A stretch of 64,000 nt of DNA from an uncultured Bacillota bacterium (GCA_945956935.1 CAMFJD010000005.1:23630-87629); one strand, 5' to 3'; positions 37,444 through 47,928 are shown, counted from the stretch's first letter. Numbers and translations: made by a program. The notes: a model not told the origin generated them from the sequence alone.

Positions 37444-37481
37444 AGAAAACGCTTGCTAAACACTTTGAAAAGGCATATACT
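37444..37481 (+). promoter_or_regulatory. EIIC-manA promoter with cre-like site over the -35
   Basis: AGAAAACGCTTGCT at 37444-37457; TTGCTA, 17 nt, TATACT at 37476-37481. Confidence 0.65.
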
Positions 37482-37562
37482 TTAAAAGTAATCTAATTGA
37501 GGTCTACAAATTAAGTAAAGATATATCAATTAGATAGATAGCACTATTTGGAGGGGGAGAAG

Positions 37563-38855
37563 ATGAGCTTCTATCAAAAACTTGATTCAACAATTTTAAA
37601 ACTGGGAGAAAAACTAAGTAACAACACAATTTTAATGATTTTAAGGGATGCATTCATGTTGGCGTTTCCGCTAACAATATTCGGATCAATTATGCTTGTA
37701 ATTGCCAATTTTCCTTTTTTAGACAAACTTATTAGCCCTGAGGCATTAACGATGTTGAAGGACACATTAAATCCAGCAGCAACTGCAACCATGTCAATTG
37801 CAACTGTATTTGTTTGTTTAGGGATTGGATACTATACGAGTAAAAAGAAAAATGTCGAACCACTATTTGGTGCAGCGATTGCATTTGTTGCATTCTTATT
37901 ATTAACACCATTTACGGCAGCGAATGCGGATGGACAAATGATTGAAAATGTTCTAAGTATTGAACGATTAGGTGCAAAGGGAATGTTTGTTGGAATGATT
38001 GCTTCATTTATAGCAGCATTTATGTATGCCGGTATTGTGAATCGTAATTGGACAATTAAAATGCCACCATCAGTACCACCAGCAGTGTCAAAATCATTCA
38101 CTGCATTAATACCAGCGGTATTAACATTGTCATTATTCTTAGTATTACGCCTTATATTCACATTTACACCATGGGGAAATGCACATGATTTCATTTTTGA
38201 AATGATTCAGACACCATTGATGATTCTTGGAAAAGGGTTGCCAGCAACGTTATTAGCAATTTTGGCAATTCAAATTCTTTGGTTCTTCGGTTTACATGGT
38301 CAAATTATTGTTAACTCAGTGTTAGATCCAATTTGGAATACATTATCATTGGAGAATTTAAATGCATTTCAAGCAGGAGAAATGTTGCCGAACATTGTCA
38401 ATAAACAGTTTATTGAAACGTTTACAGTTGGGCTTGGTGGGACAGGGATGACTTTAATTGTTGTCATTGCAATTCTTTGGTTTATGCGCAGCCGACAATT
38501 GAAAGAAGTTGCGAAATTATCAGCACCAGCAGCAGTATTTAATGTCAATGAACCGGTAATCTTTGGTTTACCTATCGTCTTAAATCCTGTCATTGCAATT
38601 CCTTGGATTTTAGCTCCTGTTGTTGCGACATTAGTTGCTTATTTAGCGATGTCAAGTGGAATTGTCCCACTTACAACTGGAGTAGCAGTTCCTTGGACAA
38701 CACCAGTATTTATAAGTGGTATTTTAGCAACAAACTCATTAATGGGTGGAGTACTTCAATTGGTACAGATGGCAATTGTCTTTATTATTTGGTTCCCATT
38801 CTTAAAGGCACTAGATAAAAAAGCAGTGACACTTGAGTCGGAAAATGAACAATAA
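37563..38855 (+). CDS. celB: PTS lactose/cellobiose-family EIIC component (CelB/GmuC-like)
   Basis: LRDAFML.FPL, LGAKGMF, MPPSVPPAVSKSF, WFFGLHG and FNVNEPVIFGLPIVLNP. Confidence 0.9.
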   Translation: MSFYQKLDSTILKLGEKLSNNTILMILRDAFMLAFPLTIFGSIMLVIANFPFLDKLISPEALTMLKDTLNPAATATMSIATVFVCLGIGYYTSKKKNVEPLFGAAIAFVAFLLLTPFTAANADGQMIENVLSIERLGAKGMFVGMIASFIAAFMYAGIVNRNWTIKMPPSVPPAVSKSFTALIPAVLTLSLFLVLRLIFTFTPWGNAHDFIFEMIQTPLMILGKGLPATLLAILAIQILWFFGLHGQIIVNSVLDPIWNTLSLENLNAFQAGEMLPNIVNKQFIETFTVGLGGTGMTLIVVIAILWFMRSRQLKEVAKLSAPAAVFNVNEPVIFGLPIVLNPVIAIPWILAPVVATLVAYLAMSSGIVPLTTGVAVPWTTPVFISGILATNSLMGGVLQLVQMAIVFIIWFPFLKALDKKAVTLESENEQ

Positions 38856-38888
38856 AATTTAGTGATGATGCGAAAGGGTTGAATACAG

Positions 38889-39830
38889 ATGGAACCAATA
38901 CAGTTTAAACCATTGTATTTTGAAAAAGTATGGGGAGGTCAAGGATTACAAGCTTTCCGAAATGATGTTCCTCAAGGAGCGATTGGTGAGAGTTGGGATG
39001 TTACATGTCATCCTAATGGTATGAGCGTAGTCGCAGCAGGAGAATTTGCAGGACAGACCTTTGCTGAATTAATCGAGCAATTTGGTAGTCAGCTTGTTGG
39101 TACAAAAGTTTCTACGGCTGATTTCCCATTATTATTAAAAGTGATAACAGCTGAAGAAAATTTATCAATTCAAGTACACCCTGGTGATGAATATGCGAAA
39201 GAACATGAAGGACAGCTTGGAAAAACAGAGGCGTGGTATGTATTAAATGCAACACCAGAAGCAACATTAACAATAGGTGTTGATTCTGAAAGTGGAGCAG
39301 AATTTCGACAAGCACTAAAAGATGGTGGTGACTTAACACCATACTTACAAACAGTTTCAGTTACAAAGGGTGATTGCTTCTTAATCCCAAGTGGATGTGT
39401 TCATGCGATTGGTGCAGGTGTAACGATTATCGAAATTCAACAAAGTAGTGATGTTACATATCGACTTTATGACTATGGGCGTCCACGTGAAATTCATGTT
39501 GAACAAGGGTTGTCAGTTACTGATGTTTCAATTCAAGTGCCAAACTTACGACATAAATCAGTTGTTACACATGATGGATATACAACGCAGTTATTTTGTG
39601 AAAATGACTATTTTGGCTTAGAGCGGATTGTAGTCCATAATGTCTGTGCACAGAAGACGGATTTCACTCGTTTTGAAATCTTGACATGTGTTTCTGGAGA
39701 AATCACGTTAGCGAATGATACATTCAAAGCAACACTTGTTACAGGAGATAGCTACTTATTACCAGCATCTCTTGGTGAATATCAATTACAAGGAAATGGA
39801 GAAGTATTACGTAGTTACCCAGTTGTTTAA
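38889..39830 (+). CDS. manA: Mannose-6-phosphate isomerase class I
   Basis: EKVWGG, IGESW, FPLLLK, LSIQVHP, KTEAWY, VHAIG and EIQQSSDVTYRLYDY. Confidence 0.95.
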   Translation: MEPIQFKPLYFEKVWGGQGLQAFRNDVPQGAIGESWDVTCHPNGMSVVAAGEFAGQTFAELIEQFGSQLVGTKVSTADFPLLLKVITAEENLSIQVHPGDEYAKEHEGQLGKTEAWYVLNATPEATLTIGVDSESGAEFRQALKDGGDLTPYLQTVSVTKGDCFLIPSGCVHAIGAGVTIIEIQQSSDVTYRLYDYGRPREIHVEQGLSVTDVSIQVPNLRHKSVVTHDGYTTQLFCENDYFGLERIVVHNVCAQKTDFTRFEILTCVSGEITLANDTFKATLVTGDSYLLPASLGEYQLQGNGEVLRSYPVV

Positions 39831-40001
39831 CCTATCAATAATCCAGTTCAAAAATGAGAAGATAAACAATGAAATGTAAGGAGCAGCATTTGGAACACTT
39901 AAATGTGAGCCAAATGCGGTTCTTATTTTTTATACATTTTTCAAAAAAATAAAAATAATCTTGCTTAAATCCAAAAAAATGATATAATAAAAAAGGTAGA
40001 T

Positions 40002-40078
<77 letters not shown>

Positions 40079-40217
40079 TTTACACAAAACAATAAGCGAA
40101 TGTAGGCAGTCTGAATACTGTCTTTTTTTGTATTGTATGAATTTAAGTCAGATACGCGTGATTTTAATCGGGGGTAGTTCAAATAGTAAAAATAAAACAA
40201 AGGATGGAGGAATAATA

Positions 40218-41015
40218 ATGACAAAAATAGAAGTTTGGATAGAACAGTGCTTATTCTTATGTGAGCAGTATTTACAAGCCGATGCATGGAATGAAGCGCA
40301 ATCGGTTTTGAAAAAGTTAGAATCAAGTATTATAGAAATGACTGAGAATCAGCAACAAAGATACATACAGTGTATGGTTCAAGCACAATCATATGAGCAA
40401 TTGATTGGTTACTATGAAACAGGTAACAAATTGAGTGAACAATATTTACCAGAGTTAATCGATGCTTATTTACAATTCGCACAAATTGAGGAAGCAGAAG
40501 TGCTAGTTGAGATGATTATGGATTACGAAGTGCAGACAAATATGAAAAATGAAATTGCATGCTGTGTAAGAAAAAAACTTGATCAGTGTGAACAACAGTT
40601 TTCCGCTGGATTGCATCAAATACCAATTCAGTGGGAACAATTAGTTGCTATCTGTCAGCGAGAACCAAAAATTTTCACTATTCCAAAACGATATAAATGG
40701 TTTTGTAATGCTATTTTGGAACAGCAAATTCCACAGCCATTTTTAGCAGCATTTATTGATTTAGCTGTACAATCAGGTTATACGTTTACTCCTTATGAAT
40801 CAGTTAGGCCACTTGAACAGACTGAGTGGGTCCAACATGTTCGAACGCTAGTATCACAGCAGGAAAACGCGCCATTATTAGAACAACTTGCTATTTATGA
40901 AATTATGCACATTTATCCGCATGAATTAAGCGATTCAAAATATCGTACTATCGAACAATTTATTCAGGAAATGCAGCAATTATTATTTGAAATGTTAACA
41001 AAAGAAACGTTTTAA
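40218..41015 (+). CDS. Hypothetical helical/TPR-like protein upstream of tig (YsoA-like position)
   Basis: Start at the ATG after SD GGAGG (the track's longer start overlaps the tRNA); all-helical composition; synteny with tRNA-Arg and tig. Confidence 0.65.
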   Translation: MTKIEVWIEQCLFLCEQYLQADAWNEAQSVLKKLESSIIEMTENQQQRYIQCMVQAQSYEQLIGYYETGNKLSEQYLPELIDAYLQFAQIEEAEVLVEMIMDYEVQTNMKNEIACCVRKKLDQCEQQFSAGLHQIPIQWEQLVAICQREPKIFTIPKRYKWFCNAILEQQIPQPFLAAFIDLAVQSGYTFTPYESVRPLEQTEWVQHVRTLVSQQENAPLLEQLAIYEIMHIYPHELSDSKYRTIEQFIQEMQQLLFEMLTKETF

Positions 41016-41164
41016 ACGGTTGTTTTTATACATAAATTGAAAAATTAGCAAATTTCCATCGAGTTTGCTAAAAAAAATCAATCTAACAATTGAATTTTAT
41101 CGATAATTCCGCTAAAATATAGTTGTTGCCTTAGTGCATAAGAATGAATGGAGGAATTTTAACA

Positions 41165-42451
41165 ATGTCAGTTAAAGTTGAACAATTAGAAAACAGTCGC
41201 GTAAAGTTGACTTTTAGTATTTCAGAAGAAGTATTCGCTACAGCGATGGATAAAGCATTTGAAAAAGTAGTACAAGAAGTAAGTGAGCCAGGATTCCGTA
41301 AAGGAAAAATGCCACGTGCGTTATTTGAAAAAAAATATGGTAAAGAGTCATTGTATCACCAAGCATTAGATTTCGCTTTACCAGTTGCTTATCCAGCAGC
41401 TTTAGATGAAGCAGGAATTGATCCAGTTGCAATGCCAACAATCGATTTAGAAGTATTCGAACCACAAAATAACAACATCGTAGTTGTTGCAGAAGTTGCA
41501 GTTCGTCCTGAAGTAACATTAGGTGATTACAAAGGATTAAGTGTTGAAGCGTTAGAAGTTGAAGTAACTGAAGCAGACATGGAAAAAGAAGCAATGGCAG
41601 CACGCGAAAAAGCAGCTGAAATGTTAGTGAAAAACGATGGAGAAGTAACAATGGGAGATACTGCTGTTATTGACTTCGAAGGATTTAAAGATGGAGTTGC
41701 TTTTGCAGGTGGAAAAGGTGAAAACCATTCATTAGAAATCGGAAGTGGATCATTCATTCCAGGATTTGAAGAGCAATTAGTGGGAGCAAAAACTGGTGAA
41801 ACTCGTGAAATCGATGTAACATTCCCAGAATCATACCATGCTGAAGACTTAGCTGGACAACCAGTTAAATTCGTTGTAACAGTACACGAAATTAAAGAGC
41901 GTATTGTACCAGAATTAAGCGATGAAGTTGTAGCTGATTTAGGATTAGAAGGTGTTGAAACAGTTGAGCAATTTAACGAAGTAACTCGTACTCGCTTAGT
42001 AGGTGAAAAAGCACAAGCAGCTGAAAGTCATTTAAAAAATGAATTAGTACGTATGGCAACTGAAAATGCAACAATGGAAATCGCACCAGAAATGGTTGAT
42101 GCTGAAATTGACAACATGATTAAAAACTTCGAACAACAATTAAGCCAACAAGGATTAAATTTCGAACAATATGTACAATTTACAGGTCAAGATGTAGCTG
42201 CAATTCGTGAGCAAATGAAAGAGCAAGCAGTAACAAACATTCGCACTGGATTAACTTTAGAAGCAATCGCTGCTGCTGAAGGAATTGATGCAAATGAAGC
42301 TGATGTTGATGCTGAATTAGCAAACATGGCAACAATGTATGGAATGGATGTTGAACAATTACGTCCATTATTAGGTGGAAATGTTGCTGCATTACAACAT
42401 GACATCAAAATGAAAAAAGTAATCGAATTATTAGTTGCTGAAGCAAAGTAA
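41165..42451 (+). CDS. tig: Trigger factor
   Basis: PGFRKGK ribosome-binding motif; FKBP domain IDFEGF..F.GG..IGSGSFIPGFEEQLVG. Confidence 0.97.
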   Translation: MSVKVEQLENSRVKLTFSISEEVFATAMDKAFEKVVQEVSEPGFRKGKMPRALFEKKYGKESLYHQALDFALPVAYPAALDEAGIDPVAMPTIDLEVFEPQNNNIVVVAEVAVRPEVTLGDYKGLSVEALEVEVTEADMEKEAMAAREKAAEMLVKNDGEVTMGDTAVIDFEGFKDGVAFAGGKGENHSLEIGSGSFIPGFEEQLVGAKTGETREIDVTFPESYHAEDLAGQPVKFVVTVHEIKERIVPELSDEVVADLGLEGVETVEQFNEVTRTRLVGEKAQAAESHLKNELVRMATENATMEIAPEMVDAEIDNMIKNFEQQLSQQGLNFEQYVQFTGQDVAAIREQMKEQAVTNIRTGLTLEAIAAAEGIDANEADVDAELANMATMYGMDVEQLRPLLGGNVAALQHDIKMKKVIELLVAEAK

Positions 42452-42525
42452 TTGGTGGTATAATTTATACATAGAGGTGCGGCGACAAGTCGCACCTTTA
42501 TTGCTCATTATGGAGGATTTTACGA

Positions 42526-43782
42526 ATGGCTGAACATACACATGTCCTTTGTTCATTTTGTGGACGAAATCAAAATGAAGTGGCCCATCTTTTCGCTGGA
42601 ATTGAAGGGGCATTTATTTGTAATGAATGTATTGAGTTATCGCATGATATTTTGTTTGAACAACATGATTTTCCAAAAACAGCACAACAAGCTGAAATGC
42701 CTGCTGTGCCAAGTATAGATACTTTGTTGAAACCACATGAAATAAAAAATCACCTTGATCAATATGTCATTGGTCAAGAACAAGCGAAAAAATCATTGGC
42801 TGTTGCTGTTTATAATCATTATAAACGTTTACATGCCAATCAACATGCTGATGTTGAAGTGAGTAAAAGCAATGTTTTACTACTGGGTTCAACAGGAAGT
42901 GGAAAAACATTACTTGCTCAAACTCTAGCTAAAGTATTAAATGTACCGTTTGCAATTGCTGATGCAACTGCATTAACTGAAGCCGGGTATGTTGGTGAGG
43001 ACGTTGAAAATATTTTATTACGCTTAATTCAAGCAGCAGATTTTGATATTGAACGTGCTCAACAAGGAATTATTTATATTGATGAGGTTGACAAAATTGC
43101 ACGCAAATCAGAAAATACATCAATCACACGTGATGTATCTGGTGAAGGTGTACAACAAGCATTGTTAAAAATATTAGAAGGTACAAAAGCGAACGTTCCA
43201 CCACAAGGTGGACGTAAGCATCCAAACCAAGAGTTTTTACAAATTGATACGACAAATATTTTGTTTATTTGTGGTGGAGCTTTCGATGGCATTGAAAAAG
43301 TCATTAAAAGTCGCCTAAATAAAAAAGTAATTGGTTTTCATGCAAATGATGAAACACAAGTGGAGGATGTATATGCACATGTTGAACCACATGATTTAAC
43401 AAAATTCGGACTTATTCCAGAGTTAGTTGGTCGATTACCAATTATTGCTGGTTTAATTCCACTTGATGTTGAGGCATTAACAGCGATTTTAACACAACCA
43501 AAAAATGCAATTACAAAGCAATACGAATATTTATTATCACTTGATGACATCGAACTCGTATTTACACCGGAAGCATTAACAGCTATTGCTCAAAAGGCAA
43601 TTGATCGTAAAACGGGAGCACGTGGATTGCGAGCAATTATTGAAGAAATGATGCTAGAAATTATGTTTGAATTACCAAGTGTCGATAATGTATCACAATG
43701 CCGAATTACCGAACAAACATTGCAAACAAAGCAACCAGAATATGTGTATAAAGAAATAATTGCTAAAAAGACACAACAATAA
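42526..43782 (+). CDS. clpX: ATP-dependent Clp protease ATP-binding subunit ClpX
   Basis: C4 zinc finger CSFC..CNEC, Walker [30 protein letters not shown] loop and GARGLR. Confidence 0.97.
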   Translation: MAEHTHVLCSFCGRNQNEVAHLFAGIEGAFICNECIELSHDILFEQHDFPKTAQQAEMPAVPSIDTLLKPHEIKNHLDQYVIGQEQAKKSLAVAVYNHYKRLHANQHADVEVSKSNVLLLGSTGSGKTLLAQTLAKVLNVPFAIADATALTEAGYVGEDVENILLRLIQAADFDIERAQQGIIYIDEVDKIARKSENTSITRDVSGEGVQQALLKILEGTKANVPPQGGRKHPNQEFLQIDTTNILFICGGAFDGIEKVIKSRLNKKVIGFHANDETQVEDVYAHVEPHDLTKFGLIPELVGRLPIIAGLIPLDVEALTAILTQPKNAITKQYEYLLSLDDIELVFTPEALTAIAQKAIDRKTGARGLRAIIEEMMLEIMFELPSVDNVSQCRITEQTLQTKQPEYVYKEIIAKKTQQ

Positions 43783-43952
43783 TGAGAAACAACAACTTTG
43801 GTGTGTAAATTGAAATCGCTTAAGTTGTTGTTTTTCTGTAATAAAAGGAAGAAAAAAAGGGGTTTTCCATGTGAATAAAGTACATTTGTTTCTTTTTGAA
43901 ACAAAGTTTGATACACTACATGGGACACATTTTTGAAATGGAGGGAGCATAC

Positions 43953-46301
43953 ATGTCAGAATTAATTATGACAACAGGTGTGCACGAGTTGCCAATGATA
44001 GCAACGCGTGGAATTATTGCATTACCACACAATGAAATGAAACTTGATGTTGGTCGTGAGCAATCAGTGAAGGCATTACAAGAGGCGATGGAGCACCATC
44101 AAGGATATATCTTTTTAGCGAGTCAAAAAAATCCGCTAGCTGAAAATCCTGAAATTGATGAAATATATACACATGGTGGTTTAGGTCGTATTAGTGCAAA
44201 AGCGAGTGCACCAGGAGGTGCTATTCGTGTGAATATTGAAGTAGTTGCACGCGCCAAACGTGTATCACTTCTTCGTGATGACGAATATTTACATGTACAA
44301 GTAGAAGTATTAGAAGATACCCATGAGAATAATGATGAAGAATTTGCGCTACTACGACAAGTATTAAATACACTTGATCGTTATTTGAGTGTGAGTACGA
44401 GACCTGCTCAAATGTTAATGGACATTTTATCCCATGGACATACTGCAACTGAATTAACGGATTTAATTGCGTATCATTTACCGATTCCACTTGAACGTAA
44501 ACAAGAGTATTTAGAAGCGACAGGTATTAATGAGCGTTTATATATGGTATTGAAAGATTTATATCATGAAGTTGAGCTAGCGCGTATTGAGGCACGTATT
44601 GAATCTGAAGTGAAAACAGCTTTTGAAGAATCACAACGCGAATATTATTTACGCGAAAAAATGCGTGTTATTCGTGAGGAACTTGGCGATAAAAATTCAA
44701 AAGATAAAGAATCTGAAGATTTAAAATTAAGAGTTGAAGAACTGAATGCGCCAGTTTTTATTAAAGAAAAATTGTTTGAAGAATTAAAACGATATGAAAT
44801 GATGCCACAATCATCACCAGAAAGTGCAGTTATTCGGACATATATTGATTGGGTATTAGCCATTCCTTGGGGTGTGTATAGTCAAGATAATTTTGATATG
44901 AAACAAGCCAAAACAATGCTTGATGCACAACACTATGGTCTTGAAAAAGTGAAAGAGCGTATTTTAGAGTTTCTAGCTGTGAAGAAATTAACAGGTGGAA
45001 CAAAAGGAGATATTTTATGTCTTGTTGGTCCACCGGGTGTCGGAAAGACCTCACTTGTACAATCAATTGCTGATTCAATGAATAAACCATATGTAAAAAT
45101 TGCGTTAGGTGGTGTTCGAGACGAATCTGAAATTCGTGGACATCGTCGAACATATTTAGGTTCGATGCCAGGGAAGTTTGTCCAAGCATTGAAAAAGGCA
45201 CATGTTATGAATCCAGTTTTATTACTCGATGAGATTGATAAAATGAGTGCTGATTTTAAAGGTGATCCAACATCAGCATTGTTAGAAGTATTAGATCCAG
45301 AACAAAATAGTCAATTCAATGATCATTATATCGAAGAAAATGTCGATTTATCAAACGTCTTTTTTATTGCAACGGCGAACTACTATGAAGGAATTCCAGC
45401 ACCATTAATGGATCGTATGGAAATTATTGAACTAGGTAGTTATACAGAAGATGAGAAGTTTGAGATTGCGAAACGTCATTTACTACCAAAAGAATTGAAA
45501 GCTCACGGATTAAATAAAAAGCAAGTAACAATTAATAAAGCTGCGATGTATAAAATTATTCGCGAATATACACGTGAAGCAGGTGTGCGTAGTTTAGAAC
45601 GACAAATTGCAACAATTTGTCGAAAAGTAGCAGCATTAGTTTTAACTGATAATGAAATAGTTGTAAAAGTTGATGCGAAAAACTTGAGTGACTATTTAGG
45701 AAAAATCAAGTATCACTATAGTAATGCTGAGCGTAAAGATCAAGTCGGTGTAGTGACAGGACTTGCGTATACTGCGTTTGGTGGAGATATTTTACCTGTT
45801 GAAGTGGCATACTATCCAGGACGTGAAAGTGTTGTTCTAACTGGTCAGCTTGGAGATGTGATGAAAGAATCCGCTCAAACTGCTATGAGTTATGTTAAGG
45901 CAAAAGCGAGTGTGTTTGGGATAAATCCAGAAGTGTTTGAAAAAAATACAATTCATATTCATGTGCCAGAAGGAGCAGTACCAAAAGATGGTCCATCTGC
46001 AGGAATTACGATGGCGACAGCGATTATTTCAGCATTGACAAATCAGAAAGTGCGTAAAGATGTTGGGATGACTGGTGAAATTACATTACGTGGAAATGTG
46101 TTGCCAATTGGTGGTTTGAAAGAAAAATCAATGGCTGCCAATCGTTCAGGGTTAAAAACAATTATAATTCCTCAAGAAAATGAACGTGATATTGATGATA
46201 TTCCAGAAGTTGTGAGAAAACAACTGGAAATTATTCCGGTGGCACATATAGATGATGTGTTGCCTCTGGCATTTAGAGGAGTGAAAAAAGATGAAAATTA
46301 A
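43953..46301 (+). CDS. lon: Lon protease
   Basis: GPPGVGKT, RGHRRTY, LLDEIDK, catalytic DGPSAG (Ser) and GGLKEK (Lys); start after SD GGAGGGAG. Confidence 0.97.
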   Translation: MSELIMTTGVHELPMIATRGIIALPHNEMKLDVGREQSVKALQEAMEHHQGYIFLASQKNPLAENPEIDEIYTHGGLGRISAKASAPGGAIRVNIEVVARAKRVSLLRDDEYLHVQVEVLEDTHENNDEEFALLRQVLNTLDRYLSVSTRPAQMLMDILSHGHTATELTDLIAYHLPIPLERKQEYLEATGINERLYMVLKDLYHEVELARIEARIESEVKTAFEESQREYYLREKMRVIREELGDKNSKDKESEDLKLRVEELNAPVFIKEKLFEELKRYEMMPQSSPESAVIRTYIDWVLAIPWGVYSQDNFDMKQAKTMLDAQHYGLEKVKERILEFLAVKKLTGGTKGDILCLVGPPGVGKTSLVQSIADSMNKPYVKIALGGVRDESEIRGHRRTYLGSMPGKFVQALKKAHVMNPVLLLDEIDKMSADFKGDPTSALLEVLDPEQNSQFNDHYIEENVDLSNVFFIATANYYEGIPAPLMDRMEIIELGSYTEDEKFEIAKRHLLPKELKAHGLNKKQVTINKAAMYKIIREYTREAGVRSLERQIATICRKVAALVLTDNEIVVKVDAKNLSDYLGKIKYHYSNAERKDQVGVVTGLAYTAFGGDILPVEVAYYPGRESVVLTGQLGDVMKESAQTAMSYVKAKASVFGINPEVFEKNTIHIHVPEGAVPKDGPSAGITMATAIISALTNQKVRKDVGMTGEITLRGNVLPIGGLKEKSMAANRSGLKTIIIPQENERDIDDIPEVVRKQLEIIPVAHIDDVLPLAFRGVKKDEN

Positions 46302-47031
46302 AAGTGCTGAATTTATTTTAAGTGCGACAAGTCCGGAGCATTACCCAAATGAAGGACAGCCAGAAATTTTATTGTCTGGTCGATCGAATGTAGGAAAATC
46401 GTCATTTATTAATTCGATGTTAAATCGAAAAAGTATTGCACGTGTATCGTCGAAACCTGGGAAAACACAGACATTGAATTTTTTCCATGTGAACAAATCA
46501 TTTTACTTTGTTGATGTACCTGGTTATGGATATGCTAAAGTGCCAAAACCATTACGCAAAGCGTTTGGTGAAATGATTGAAAAATATATCCATAATCGCA
46601 AAACGTTAAAGGCTGTTATTTTACTTGTCGACTTCCGACATAAACCGACCGAAGATGATGTTATTATGTATAATTTCTTGAAATATTTTGAAATTCCTAT
46701 GATTGTAGTAGCGACAAAGCTTGATAAAGTAAAACGTTCACAACACGGAAAACAGGAGAAATTAATCAAGCAAACATTGAATTTTGATAAAGAAAATGAT
46801 TTGTTTGTGGCGTATTCATCAGAAACAAAAGCTGGAAAAGAGAAAGCATGGCAAGCAATTGGTCAATTTTTAGATCAAGAATTGATTGAAGAAGAGACAA
46901 ATATGTCAAATATGCCAGAAATTCCTGAAGATGCCTATGATGATGAAGAACAAACTTTATATGCTGACGAAGTAGCTGTCGAAGAGAGTGATATCGAATT
47001 GCTACAAGCAGATGAAGCATATGTTCTGTAG
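46291..47031 (+). CDS. engB: Ribosome biogenesis GTPase EngB/YihA/YsxC with acidic C-terminal extension
   Basis: GRSNVGKSS, PGKT, DVPGYG and TKLDK. Confidence 0.95.
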   Translation: MKIKSAEFILSATSPEHYPNEGQPEILLSGRSNVGKSSFINSMLNRKSIARVSSKPGKTQTLNFFHVNKSFYFVDVPGYGYAKVPKPLRKAFGEMIEKYIHNRKTLKAVILLVDFRHKPTEDDVIMYNFLKYFEIPMIVVATKLDKVKRSQHGKQEKLIKQTLNFDKENDLFVAYSSETKAGKEKAWQAIGQFLDQELIEEETNMSNMPEIPEDAYDDEEQTLYADEVAVEESDIELLQADEAYVL

Positions 47032-47086
47032 CCTGAAGTAACTTGATATAAAAAGCAAATGTCACGAGAGGAAGAAAAAATTTCCA

Positions 47087-47599
47087 ATGAAAAAAATCAA
47101 TCGAGATCAACTCATTGTTACGATGGTATTGATTGCTACGATAGTTATGGCAGTTATCAGTTATTTAGTAGTAATGAACGTTGCACAATTATGGGATATG
47201 TATCTTCAGTATCTTGCACAAGGTCAAAATGTCGGACTTAATTTACTCTTTTCGGCAGTTGGACAAAATATTGGCTTACAATTATTTATTCCTATTTTAA
47301 TGGGATATGGTTGTTTTGTCCTCACGAATTATGTAGTACCAACAAATCAAAATCAACGTTTGTATGCTTTTTGGTTTGGTGTCTTAAGTTTAGGATTAGG
47401 ATCGTTGATGATTATTTTTCAAACACCATTGGCAAGTATATTTACAGTTGTTATTTTCATTGTAATTGGATTAACAACAATGATTTTAGGACTTGAAAAG
47501 CCGAGCAAAACGGGAAGACAAGAAAAAAATTGTAGTCAAAATTATCGCTATAATCAAAAAACGTTGAAGAAACACCGACGTCCACGCTACCTTGCGTAA
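47087..47599 (+). CDS. Hypothetical membrane protein (about 4 TM, basic C-terminal tail)
   Basis: 170-aa ORF with SD GAGGA; hydrophobic segments; tail rich in K/R. Confidence 0.65.
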   Translation: MKKINRDQLIVTMVLIATIVMAVISYLVVMNVAQLWDMYLQYLAQGQNVGLNLLFSAVGQNIGLQLFIPILMGYGCFVLTNYVVPTNQNQRLYAFWFGVLSLGLGSLMIIFQTPLASIFTVVIFIVIGLTTMILGLEKPSKTGRQEKNCSQNYRYNQKTLKKHRRPRYLA

Positions 47600-47610
47600 G
47601 TGAAAGGTAC

Positions 47611-47639
47611 TTGCAATTTCACAAAATGTTTGATAGAAT
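47611..47639 (+). promoter_or_regulatory. Sigma-A promoter of valS
   Basis: TTGCAA, 17 nt, extended TG-n-TAGAAT. Confidence 0.7.
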
Positions 47640-47645
47640 ATGAAG

Positions 47646-47898
47646 CACAAACCGATACTACAAAAACAAAGAAGAGAAGGAGTAGTCATGTTCATCGTAT
47701 GAGAGAGAGCAACAAATGCTGGGAGTTGCTTACGAATTGGCATGGTGAAGGTAGTCTCAGAGTTCTTTTGCTGAAATTTATCAGTAAGTAAAAGCGTTGG
47801 CGGCGTTAACGCATTGAGCTGAGGCACAGATTTCTTTTGTGTTTAAGTAGGATGGTACCGCGATCAATGAGTCGTTCCTATAGGGAACGGCTTTTTTT
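47646..47898 (+). ncRNA. T-box riboswitch (Val specifier)
   Basis: AG box (GAGAGAGAG), GCTG box, specifier GTA at 47751-47753, T-box AAGTAGGATGGTACCGCG at 47845-47862 (AGGA pairs with TCCT downstream), terminator GTCGTTCC/GGAACGGC + T7. Confidence 0.92.
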
Positions 47899-47928
47899 GT
47901 TGGTAAAAAATAAAGGAGGTCATTGATA

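Noticed and set aside
42526-43782. Missing clpP between tig and clpX
   Set aside because: tig-clpX-lon-engB without clpP is the ordinary Bacilli arrangement; the ClpX IGF loop is intact.
47845-47862. T-box sequence variant AGGATGG instead of AGGGTGG
   Set aside because: The change is compensated by TCCT in the antiterminator 3' strand and the UGGN bulge is intact, so this is a normal T-box.
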